Below, piece by piece: positions 29,623-37,449 of a DNA stretch of 49,743 bases (the stretch's first letter is position 1; each line of letters opens with the position of its first letter). The stretch lies in NCBI GenBank assembly GCA_965364515.1, contig CBDTXZ010000002.1:1-49743 (forward strand), in the 5' to 3' direction. Position numbers and translations under genes: made by a program. The DNA is from an uncultured bacterium (GTDB taxonomy: Bacteria; Actinomycetota; Acidimicrobiia; Spongiisociales; ZC4RG35). The notes under the pieces are model-generated. The model was not told the DNA's origin. It worked only from the letters and a program-made list of their open reading frames with translations, and searched no databases.

Positions 29623-30607
29623 AATCGTGACCTTCGAGGATCCCAGCGGGGTCGGCGACCCGATCGACCTCGAGACCTTCGAGGTCGATCCCGGTCTGGA
29701 GGACGCCGACCAGCGGATCGGGAAGATCCCGGTGCCGGATCCGAATTACATCGATCTCGGCGTCCTGTACCGCTTCGCACAGGTCGAAGCCGTGAGACGC
29801 GAGAACCCCGAGGGCTTCGTGCCGCTCCATCTGGCGGTGCGCGGTCACATGGGAACGGGAAAAGATCATGACATCGAGCAGTTCGCGGCCCGGTTGGGTC
29901 TCCCCTACTACCGGATTCCACTCACCGGCGAGGTGCGCGACGTGACGCTCATCGGCTCGACGAAGCTTCATGGTGATGGAGCGGGCGGCACCGAGTCCCG
30001 CTGGGAAGACGGCGACATCACCCGGGCGCTGAGGGGCCCGAGCCTCATCAACCTGTCCGAGCTCAACGCCGCCGGAGCGGAGACGCTGTTCGCATTGCAC
30101 GGACTGCTCGACCGATATGCGGCCCTCGACCTCCCGAACGGTGAAACCGTCGCGCTCCGAGACGACGTTCGGGTGTTCGGCACGATGAACCCCACCGACC
30201 TCAGGGACTACGCCGGCACGCAGACGCTCAACAAGGCGTTCGCCGACCGGTGGGTGATCTGGGAGAAGCACTTCCCAGGCTTGGAGCAGGTCGAGGCGAT
30301 GCTGCGAGTGCGCTATCCACGGATGAATGACCCGTTCGTCGAGGCGATCGCCCGACTGGGGGTCGAGGTGAATGCCAGTTTCGAGTCGACCGATGCGGGT
30401 ACCAGGGTCGAGACGCCGCTCAGCCTCCGCAGCCTGTTGGATCGGATGCCCACCGGCCTGATGATCCACGAGAACGCCGAGGACCCCCTGCGGCTCGCCT
30501 GGGAGGAGTTCGTGCTTCCCCACGTCGACATCTACGACCGCGACCACTACGAGACCGTGTGGAGCGCTGTGGTCCGCAAGGGACCCGCCGGCCCGGTGTT
30601 CGCCTGA
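29615..30607 (+). CDS. AAA+ ATPase of the CobS/MoxR (AAA_5) type with non-canonical Walker motifs
   Basis: GGAAGGAG SD, with the ATG 8 nt inside the upstream gene's 3' end. P-loop GHMGTGKD, Walker B-like LINLSELN and sensor-1-like VRVFGTMNP. The length (330 aa) and order of motifs fit CobS-like ATPases. Confidence 0.75.
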   Translation: MPEIVTFEDPSGVGDPIDLETFEVDPGLEDADQRIGKIPVPDPNYIDLGVLYRFAQVEAVRRENPEGFVPLHLAVRGHMGTGKDHDIEQFAARLGLPYYRIPLTGEVRDVTLIGSTKLHGDGAGGTESRWEDGDITRALRGPSLINLSELNAAGAETLFALHGLLDRYAALDLPNGETVALRDDVRVFGTMNPTDLRDYAGTQTLNKAFADRWVIWEKHFPGLEQVEAMLRVRYPRMNDPFVEAIARLGVEVNASFESTDAGTRVETPLSLRSLLDRMPTGLMIHENAEDPLRLAWEEFVLPHVDIYDRDHYETVWSAVVRKGPAGPVFA

Positions 30608-30610
30608 ATC

Positions 30611-30692
30611 CCGCCACACGCGGCACGCCACACGCGGCACGCCGTTGCAAACGAGGTTGGCGTGTTGCGTGAAGCGTGGAGCGTGAAGCGCC
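30611..30692. repeat. inverted arrays of CGTG-core heptamers forming an interrupted palindrome
   Basis: Left arm: GCCACACGCGGCAC x2 (30613-30640), which is four CGTGNNG heptamers on the minus strand. A 14-20 nt spacer follows. Right arm: CGTGTTG CGTGAAG CGTGGAG CGTGAAG (30661-30688). Confidence 0.8.
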
Positions 30693-30700
30693 AGATGTCA

Positions 30701-30706
30701 TACACT
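30701..30706 (+). promoter_or_regulatory. candidate -10 element (TACACT) for a leaderless LOG-family transcript
   Basis: A TAnnnT hexamer ends 8 nt before ATG 30715. No SD is present upstream of that ATG. Confidence 0.25.
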
Positions 30707-30714
30707 CAAGATCA

Positions 30715-31797
30715 ATGGCCTACGACACGGGGAATCCCGAACTCGACGCGACGATCGCTGAGTTGGTTGCCGCTGCCTCGGCCAATGGCAACACGGATCT
30801 CATCGGCGAGATCATCACCACCGCTCTCAAGCTGCATCGGGACGGTGCCCCGCGCGGTGACCTCAAGCTGGTCAATACTGCGCTGAAAGAGATGCGGTAT
30901 TCGATGCTCGTGTTCTCCCGCCACACCGAGCCCAAGGTCACGATTTTCGGTTCGGCCCGATTGGCGCCGGACAGTCCCGAGTACCAGCTCGCCGAGCGCT
31001 TCGCCAAGATCATGGGGGGTCGAGGCTGGGGCGTGATCACCGGCGCAGGACCAGGCATCATGGAGGCCGGCAACCGCGGTGCGGGACCGGGGAACTCGTA
31101 CGGCGTCAACATCCGACTGCCGTTCGAGGCGTCTGCCAACGACTACGTCGACCCCGACCGTGTGGTGAACTTCAAGTACTTCTTCACCCGCAAGCTCGGA
31201 TTCGTCAAGGAGTCCCATGCCTTCACGCTGTTTCCCGGAGGCTTTGGAACCCTCGACGAGAGCTTCGAGCTGCTCACGCTCATCCAAACCGGGAAGAGCG
31301 ACGTGCACCCGATCGTGCTGCTCGAAACCGAGGAGTCCGGCTACTGGGAACAGGTGATCGGGTTCTGTGAGGAGGTCCTCGTCGCTCAGGGCCTGATCGC
31401 TCCCGAGGATCTCGATCTCTTCGATCTGCTGCACGACCCCGAAGAGGCCGCCGATGTCATCTGTCGGTTCTACGCCAACTACCAGAGCCAGCGCTACGTG
31501 AACGGACGCCTCGTGCTCCGGCTCCTCGAGGCACCCGATGCCGAGACGCTGGCACGACTCAATCAGGCATATGTCGACATCATCACCGAGGGTGAGATCG
31601 AGATCATCGACCCGACACCCGCCGAGATCCGAGATGAGGACGCACTCGACTGCGCGCGCGTCGCCTTCTGGTTCGATCGGCGCCATTTCGGCCGGCTCAG
31701 GTCGCTGATCGACGACCTCAACGCCATCGTGGAGCAGCGCACCTCGGTCCACCCGCCGGCGCCGTTCGACGACGAAAAGGCCGACAGAAGCTGGTGA
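30715..31797 (+). CDS. LOG-family (TIGR00730-type) nucleotide N-glycosidase-like protein, long form
   Basis: GAGPGIMEAGNRGA and PGGFGTLDE motifs, with extra N-terminal (~75 aa) and C-terminal (~110 aa) regions. The start is trimmed to ATG 30715. The track start GTG 30676 lies inside the heptamer repeat. Confidence 0.75.
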   Translation: MAYDTGNPELDATIAELVAAASANGNTDLIGEIITTALKLHRDGAPRGDLKLVNTALKEMRYSMLVFSRHTEPKVTIFGSARLAPDSPEYQLAERFAKIMGGRGWGVITGAGPGIMEAGNRGAGPGNSYGVNIRLPFEASANDYVDPDRVVNFKYFFTRKLGFVKESHAFTLFPGGFGTLDESFELLTLIQTGKSDVHPIVLLETEESGYWEQVIGFCEEVLVAQGLIAPEDLDLFDLLHDPEEAADVICRFYANYQSQRYVNGRLVLRLLEAPDAETLARLNQAYVDIITEGEIEIIDPTPAEIRDEDALDCARVAFWFDRRHFGRLRSLIDDLNAIVEQRTSVHPPAPFDDEKADRSW

Positions 31798-31846
31798 CTG
31801 GTACCGCACCGGCCATACGGCCCGTGAATGGCACTAAAATCGTTCC

Positions 31847-32578
31847 GTGCGCGAAATACTCTCTGACCTCGTAGCGGAACAGCAGTTCCTCGATCAGTTC
31901 CTCCAGCAGGTGAACCTGAAGCTGTGGGACAAGGAGACGCCCGCCAAGGGCTGGTCCATTCGAGACACGATCTCACATCTCGCCGACTACGAAGAACTCG
32001 CCGCAGCAGTGATTGCCGGCGAAGCCGATCTGGAGCGATATCGCTCGGCGCCCGACCTGGACGCCCTCCGCCAGGAGGCCGTCGAGAAGGGCCGCCAGAT
32101 GCGGCCCCAGGACGTGATCGAGTGGTGGCGGAACGGCCGAGCAAAGGTCGTCGAGCCGCTCTCGCACATGCAGGCCTCCGATCGCGTCGAATGGATCACC
32201 GGTGACGTGAGCGCCAAGACGCTGGCGACGACCCGACTGATGGAGACCTGGGCGCACGGGCTCGACATCTACGCAGCCACGGACGCAGAGATCGAAGACA
32301 CGCAACGGATCCGGCATGTCTGCTTCCTGGGGTGGAAGGCCCTCCCCCACAGCTTCAAAGCAGCCGGCCTCGATTACGTCGCGGTCCGCGTCGAAGTCAT
32401 CGGACCCGGCTACGCCAAGTGGGTCTACGGACCCGAGGACGCTCCCAACCTGATCAAGGGGTCGGCGTCGGACTGGGCGAGGCTGGCGGTCCGCCGGATC
32501 ACTCCCGAGGAGACACGTCTCAAGCTCACCGGCGAAGGCGCCGAGCAGGCCGTTCGGGTGGTCCAGGCCTACCTGTGA
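31847..32578 (+). CDS. DinB/mycothiol-dependent maleylpyruvate isomerase-like family protein (TIGR03084-like)
   Basis: The N-terminal region (GWSIRDTISHL) is typical of the DinB-fold metal-binding domain. 243 aa, GTG start. Confidence 0.6.
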   Translation: MREILSDLVAEQQFLDQFLQQVNLKLWDKETPAKGWSIRDTISHLADYEELAAAVIAGEADLERYRSAPDLDALRQEAVEKGRQMRPQDVIEWWRNGRAKVVEPLSHMQASDRVEWITGDVSAKTLATTRLMETWAHGLDIYAATDAEIEDTQRIRHVCFLGWKALPHSFKAAGLDYVAVRVEVIGPGYAKWVYGPEDAPNLIKGSASDWARLAVRRITPEETRLKLTGEGAEQAVRVVQAYL

Positions 32579-33360
32579 CCCTTCCCTCCCTCATCGGGAT
32601 GGTCCATCTCGGAGCGCTTCCCGGCTCCCCGCGCTACGACGGCGACTTCGACGCTGTCATCGAGCGAGCCGTCTCCGACTCCCGGACCCTCGCCGAGGCG
32701 GGTTTCGACGCCGTGATGATCGAAAACTTCGGCGACGCACCCTTCTTCGCCGACGACGTGCCGGCCGTGACGGTCGCCGCCATGACGAGGGCCATCACCG
32801 AGATCTCGCACGCAGTCGCCCTCCCGCTCGGTGTCAATGTTCTTCGCAACGACGCATTGAGCGCGATGTCGATCGCCGCCGCCACGGGTGCTGCGATGAT
32901 CCGAGTCAACGTGCTCTCGTCGATGATGTACACCGACCAGGGCCCGATCGTCGGACGTGCCGCCGAGTTGGCCCGACTCAGAGCGGCGATCGCACCCGAC
33001 GTACTGGTGCTGGCGGACGTCTTCGTGAAACACGCCTCTCCCCCGCCCGGCGCCACCATCGAGTTGTCGGCCATCGACGCCTGGGAGCGCTCCGGGGCCG
33101 ACGCACTGGTGATCTCCGGAACCGGGACGGGCGCGTCGGTCGACCTCGGTGATCTCCGGCGAGTCGCCAAGGTCGTCCCCGAAGCCCCACTCGTGATCGG
33201 GTCCGGGGCCGACGCCCGCAACGTGGCAGTGCTGGCCGAGACAGTGCGTTCGGTGATCGTTGGTTCGTCGCTCAAACCGAATCACGACGTGACCAGGCCG
33301 ATCGACCAGACGCTCGCCGGCGAGTTCGTATCCGCCGCTCGGGCCGCAGGCCTCGGCTAG
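32575..33360 (+). CDS. BtpA/SgcQ-family TIM-barrel protein
   Basis: LIGMVHLGALPGSPRY..., MIENFGDAPF and GVNVLRND resemble BtpA-family motifs. GTG 32575 overlaps the upstream stop (GTGA). The upstream part of track ORF 32332..33360 is a shadow. Confidence 0.75.
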   Translation: MTLPSLIGMVHLGALPGSPRYDGDFDAVIERAVSDSRTLAEAGFDAVMIENFGDAPFFADDVPAVTVAAMTRAITEISHAVALPLGVNVLRNDALSAMSIAAATGAAMIRVNVLSSMMYTDQGPIVGRAAELARLRAAIAPDVLVLADVFVKHASPPPGATIELSAIDAWERSGADALVISGTGTGASVDLGDLRRVAKVVPEAPLVIGSGADARNVAVLAETVRSVIVGSSLKPNHDVTRPIDQTLAGEFVSAARAAGLG

Positions 33361-33476
33361 CACCACCGGCCAACCAGCAGTCACCGTGATCTCCGGGCGG
33401 CTCGGCGCCCCCGAATCCATCCGCCGCCAGGCATCCCATTGTTTTGAGCACCGCTGTGTTCGCTGCGTATTCCTAC

Positions 33477-33505
33477 CTGACTAGTCCGCTCGTGCATCGT
33501 GTAAT
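33477..33505 (+). promoter_or_regulatory. candidate sigma-70-type promoter for the S8 peptidase gene
   Basis: CTGACT (33477-33482), a 17-nt spacer, then TGTAAT (33500-33505), in a locally AT-richer stretch about 40 nt upstream of ATG 33546. Confidence 0.3.
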
Positions 33506-33545
33506 GGCCCTCCAGATTCTCGACGTTGTGGGTCGATGGACTCAC

Positions 33546-35471
33546 ATGAAGCCATCCACGGACGGATACCGAGAAGGCGGGCACTCCCTCATGGCAGCAA
33601 AAGGTCTCAGCTGGGATCACAAGACGGGGAAAGGAACGAGTCTTCTCGCCGCGCTGGCGATGATCCTCGCCCTCCTCCCCATGGCAGCGACCCCCAGTGT
33701 CGCAACCGACGACACCCCGGTCGAGGTGATCGTCAGAGAACTCACCCCCATCACCGACACCGCAGAAGCGCTCGTCGAGCGTCTCGGTGGAGTCGTCAGA
33801 GCGAACCTCGACATCATCGGCGGGTTCACCGCCACCGTCCCCGCCTCGGTGGTCGACACCCTCGCAACCGACCCATCCGTCGCAGCGGTCACCCCCAACG
33901 CCGGACTCCGACTCTCGGCAGCAGGCTGGGAGGACTCGTCAGCCCTGAATGGGATGGACCCCAAAACCCACCCCGGATCGCTCTATGCCGTCAACAGCTA
34001 TGTGAAGTCCCGCAACATCTGGAACAGCGTTGCAACTGGAGCCGGAGTCGACATCGCGCTCATCGACTCCGGCGTCGCACCAGTCAATGGACTGACCGCA
34101 CCCGGCAAGGTGGTCAACGGCCCCGACCTGTCTTTCGAGTCGCAGAGCCCCGACTTCGAGTATCTCGACACCTTCGGGCATGGCACCCACCTGGCCGGGA
34201 TCATCGCCGGCCGCGACGACGAGGTGCCAGATACCTCCAACTACGCCGGTATCTCCGCCGACTACTTCATCGGTGTCGCCCCAGAAGCACGGATCGTGTC
34301 GGTCAAGGTGGCCGACAAGGACGGCGCCACCGACGTCTCTCAGGTGATTGCCGCCATCGACTGGGTCATCCAGAACAAGAACACCAACGGCATGAACATC
34401 CGGGTCATCAACCTGGCTTTCGGCACCGACTCGACCCAGTCCTATGTGCTCGACCCACTCGCCTACGCCGTCGAGAAGGCCTGGCACGCCGGGATCGTGG
34501 TCGTGGTCGCCGCCGGAAACGACGGCAACAACAACCCGCTCCGCAACCCCGCACTCGACCCCTATGTCATCGCCGTCGGCGCCGTCGACCTCAACGGCAC
34601 CAACACCGCCAGTGACGACTTCATCTCCGACTTCTCCAACTGCGGCACCCCAACACGCCACGTCGACGTCGTCGCCCCCGGCCGGTCGATCACCAGCCTC
34701 CGGGCCCCCGGCTCGACCGCAGACGCGAGCAACCCTTCGGCCGTGGTTGCCGAACGATTCTTCCTCGGATCCGGCACCTCACAGGCCTCGGCAGTCGTCT
34801 CCGGTACGGTGGCTCTCCTGCTGGACTCCAACCCCGGCCTCGACCCCGATACCGTGAAGTGGCTCTTCATGAACAGCGCCACCTCTCTCTCCGGCCAATC
34901 CGAACTCTGCCAGGGCACGGGACACGTCGACGTCCAAAGCGCAGCTGGTGCGAAGCTGCCGAAGGGGCTGGAGGGGATCCAGAAGCACACACTGGCGACC
35001 GGGACCGGCACCCTCGAAGCAGCACGGGGCACCGACCACCTCGAGAACAACGGCGTCGTGCTCGAAGGCGAGCAAGACATCATGGGAAGCCCCTGGGTCG
35101 GCTTCGGCACCATCGTCACCAAATGCCGGAAGGAAGGCAAAGGCAAGAACGCCGTCACCGTCTGCGAGGATTACTACGAGAACGCCGACACCCTCTGGAA
35201 CGGCGGCGACTGGAACGGCACCTCCTGGTCAGGCACGTCATGGTCCGGCACCAGCTGGTCAGGCCTTTCATGGTCAGGCACCTCCTGGTCAGGCCTTTCA
35301 TGGTCAGGCCTTTCATGGTCCGGCACCAGCTGGTCCAACATGGTCTGGAACGGCACCTCATGGTCCGGCACGTCATGGTCCGGCACGTCGTGGTCCGGCA
35401 CCAGCTGGTCAGGCCTCTCCTGGTCCAGCTCAGGCTCCGCCAACGCCACCAACGGACTCCGCTGGGACTGA
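33546..35471 (+). CDS. secreted S8-family (subtilisin-like) serine peptidase with I9 propeptide and Trp-pentapeptide repeat tail
   Basis: Catalytic triad contexts IALIDSGV, HGTHLAGIIAG and GTSQASAVVSG. Signal-like LLAALAMILALLPMAATPSVA. The start is either 33546 or 33591. Confidence 0.9.
   Translation: MKPSTDGYREGGHSLMAAKGLSWDHKTGKGTSLLAALAMILALLPMAATPSVATDDTPVEVIVRELTPITDTAEALVERLGGVVRANLDIIGGFTATVPASVVDTLATDPSVAAVTPNAGLRLSAAGWEDSSALNGMDPKTHPGSLYAVNSYVKSRNIWNSVATGAGVDIALIDSGVAPVNGLTAPGKVVNGPDLSFESQSPDFEYLDTFGHGTHLAGIIAGRDDEVPDTSNYAGISADYFIGVAPEARIVSVKVADKDGATDVSQVIAAIDWVIQNKNTNGMNIRVINLAFGTDSTQSYVLDPLAYAVEKAWHAGIVVVVAAGNDGNNNPLRNPALDPYVIAVGAVDLNGTNTASDDFISDFSNCGTPTRHVDVVAPGRSITSLRAPGSTADASNPSAVVAERFFLGSGTSQASAVVSGTVALLLDSNPGLDPDTVKWLFMNSATSLSGQSELCQGTGHVDVQSAAGAKLPKGLEGIQKHTLATGTGTLEAARGTDHLENNGVVLEGEQDIMGSPWVGFGTIVTKCRKEGKGKNAVTVCEDYYENADTLWNGGDWNGTSWSGTSWSGTSWSGLSWSGTSWSGLSWSGLSWSGTSWSNMVWNGTSWSGTSWSGTSWSGTSWSGLSWSSSGSANATNGLRWD
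35196..35435 (+). repeat. 16 tandem 15-nt units encoding W-[SN]-G-[TL]-S inside the S8 peptidase gene
   Basis: TGG recurs every 15 nt from 35196 to 35421. Units differ at synonymous positions (tcc/tca/agc/tcg for Ser). Confidence 0.9.
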
Positions 35472-35492
35472 CAGCCACTGATACATCGGACT

Positions 35493-35527
35493 GAGTGAGG
35501 AGGGGCCATGTCGGCTCCTCCTCACTC
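35493..35527 (+). terminator. stem-loop downstream of the S8 peptidase gene
   Basis: GAGTGAGGAGGGGCC (35493-35507), loop atgtc, then GGCTCCTCCTCACTC (35513-35527). That is 15 bp with one mismatch, followed by gtttc. It starts 22 nt after the stop. Confidence 0.55.
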
Positions 35528-35559
35528 GTTTCAGGGCAACCGCGACATAGGCTGGCTCG

Positions 35560-36360
35560 ATGGATCGATCCGAGACCAGGTACGAGCGCGATGGCGGGGT
35601 CGGCGTGCTCACGCTCTCCCGACCCGAGATCCGCAATGCGTTGACCGGACGACAGATCCTCGACGAGATCATCACGACGATCGAGACCGCCGACGCCTCA
35701 GAGGACGTCACCGTGCTCATCATCACAGGCGAGGGCTCGGCGTTCTCGGCGGGCGGCAACGTCAAAGACATGGAGACTGGCTCTGGTCTCTTCTCCGGAG
35801 ACGTCGGGACCATCGCAGAGGGGTACCGGCGGACGATTCAACGACTCACGTCGACGATGGCTCAAACCGACCTGGTGACGATCGCTGCGGTGAACGGTCC
35901 TGCAGTCGGCGCCGGGTTCGACCTGGTGCTGGGGTGTGATCTGCGTATCGGGTCGACCCAGGCCCGGTTCGCCCACACCTTTGCGGACCTCGGCATCCTC
36001 CCTGGAGACGGTGGCGCGTGGATCCTTCCTCGGGTGGTGGGATGGCAGCGGGCCGCCGAGCTCTCGTTCACTGGCCGCACGATCGACGCCGACGAGGCCA
36101 CGGAGATGGACGTGCTGCTCGAAGTGGTCGAGCCGCACGAGCTCATGGACCGGGCCCGAGAGCTCGCCAGGACGATCGCAGCCAAGCCGAGCCACTCGAT
36201 CCGCCTCACGAAACGCCTGCTCCGACACGCTCGAACGATGGACCTCCCCGCGTTCCTCGACCTCACCGCCGCCTACCAGGCGATCGCGCACGCCGATCCG
36301 CAGCATCGAACGGCTGTCGCTTCGTTCCTCGAAACCCTCAGGACCCGCCGCGATGACTGA
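35560..36360 (+). CDS. enoyl-CoA hydratase/isomerase (crotonase) family protein
   Basis: ITGEGSAFSAGGNVKDM and AAVNGPAVGAGFDLVLGCDLRI crotonase signatures. Confidence 0.85.
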   Translation: MDRSETRYERDGGVGVLTLSRPEIRNALTGRQILDEIITTIETADASEDVTVLIITGEGSAFSAGGNVKDMETGSGLFSGDVGTIAEGYRRTIQRLTSTMAQTDLVTIAAVNGPAVGAGFDLVLGCDLRIGSTQARFAHTFADLGILPGDGGAWILPRVVGWQRAAELSFTGRTIDADEATEMDVLLEVVEPHELMDRARELARTIAAKPSHSIRLTKRLLRHARTMDLPAFLDLTAAYQAIAHADPQHRTAVASFLETLRTRRDD

Positions 36361-36494
36361 TCAGCAGCGTGCATCAGCGGGATCGAACCGCGACAATGAC
36401 ACCGTTGAATTGATCCCGTTGTCCCATGGTCGCGAAAAGCTGTGTAACGCATCATGGCGACGGTGTACTACACAAATGTGACGTCTGGAGGAAC

Positions 36495-37073
36495 ATGGAC
36501 TCGCTGATCTCGGCGATGGAAGGCATGGTCGAAGACATCTACGGCCACGTCCACCGCGTTTCGGGCGTCTCCATCAGCATCGGCGAGATCATCGGCCTTG
36601 CACCGGTCGACCTCGATCGCCTCGCCACCGTCGGTGTTCTTCACGATGTCGGCAAGCTCCATGTCGACACTCGGCTGCTCAGCAAGCCCGCCGGCCTGGA
36701 CGACCCCGAAGTCGAGCACATGCAACGGCACACACTCTTCGGGTTCGCCATGACTGCCGATCTCTTCGAGCGGGAGGTGTCGGAGGCCATTCTCTTCCAC
36801 CACGAGCGGTTCGATGGCTCCGGGTATCCGCACGGCCGCGCCGGCGATGAGATCCCGCTCCTGGCGAGAATCGTCGCTGTCGCAGATGCCTACGATGCGA
36901 TCACGAGCGAGCGTGCATACCAGCCCGCACTTCCGTCCGACTATGCGCTCGAAGAGATCCGGACCTACTCGGGAACCCAGTTCGACCCGACGATCGTCGA
37001 AGCCTTCCTCGATGCCGTCTCCGACGGCGCTCTCTTGCAGCAGCGGGTCATCCTCGACCTCGCCGCCAGCTGA
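36495..37073 (+). CDS. stand-alone HD-GYP domain phosphohydrolase
   Basis: HDVGK ... HHERFDGSGYPHG motifs. GGAGGA lies upstream of ATG 36495. Confidence 0.8.
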   Translation: MDSLISAMEGMVEDIYGHVHRVSGVSISIGEIIGLAPVDLDRLATVGVLHDVGKLHVDTRLLSKPAGLDDPEVEHMQRHTLFGFAMTADLFEREVSEAILFHHERFDGSGYPHGRAGDEIPLLARIVAVADAYDAITSERAYQPALPSDYALEEIRTYSGTQFDPTIVEAFLDAVSDGALLQQRVILDLAAS

Positions 37074-37419
37074 GATCTTCCCCACCCCCCCGACCCGCCT
37101 CGGGTGACGTCGTGCGCTCACGGCGATCGTGTCACACGTCAGGTCGTGCGCGAGAACCCATCCGCAACCATGTCGGGACCCGTCAGCCGACGAGGTAGGC
37201 ACCGATCAGTTCTTGGGGAAGTTCAACGACGACGGCCTCGCCATCGACCCTGATACCCAGATCGAAGATTGAAACGGTCGATTCGGTCTGATGTGCTGGC
37301 ATGTGTTCTCCATGCCTCCCCGACCGCCTGACACACACGATACGCATCAACTCGCACAGGGGAAGCAGAAACACACTCGGGGCTCTGACGTCGACTCGCC
37401 TCAACGGCGTTTCCCTCGC

Positions 37420-37442
37420 TTGTTCCGGCGATCGGATACGCT
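37420..37442 (+). promoter_or_regulatory. candidate promoter giving a leaderless lhr transcript
   Basis: TTGTTCCGG (37420-37428), 8 nt, then TACGCT (37437-37442). Seven nt separate the -10 from ATG 37450. No SD is present. Confidence 0.25.
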
Positions 37443-37449
37443 CGCTTGG

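Noticed and set aside
34859-35509. Alternative-frame and antisense ORFs across the S8 repeat (34859..35494, 34948..35481, 35155..35478, 35174..35509)
   Set aside because: The 15-nt periodic DNA keeps every frame open. Only the frame continuous with the S8 catalytic domain has upstream coding support.
37080-37099. C-rich tract CCCCACCCCCCCGACCCGCC just after the HD-GYP stop (G-quadruplex-capable on the minus strand)
   Set aside because: It is a short single tract in very GC-rich DNA. It is plausible by chance and has no supporting context, so I note it only for completeness.
37074-37449. LexA/SOS box (TCGAAC-N4-GTTCGA or GAAC-N4-GTTC) upstream of lhr
   Set aside because: I found no match with correct spacing by eye. 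TCGAAGATTGAAACGGTCGA near 37262 does not fit the consensus.
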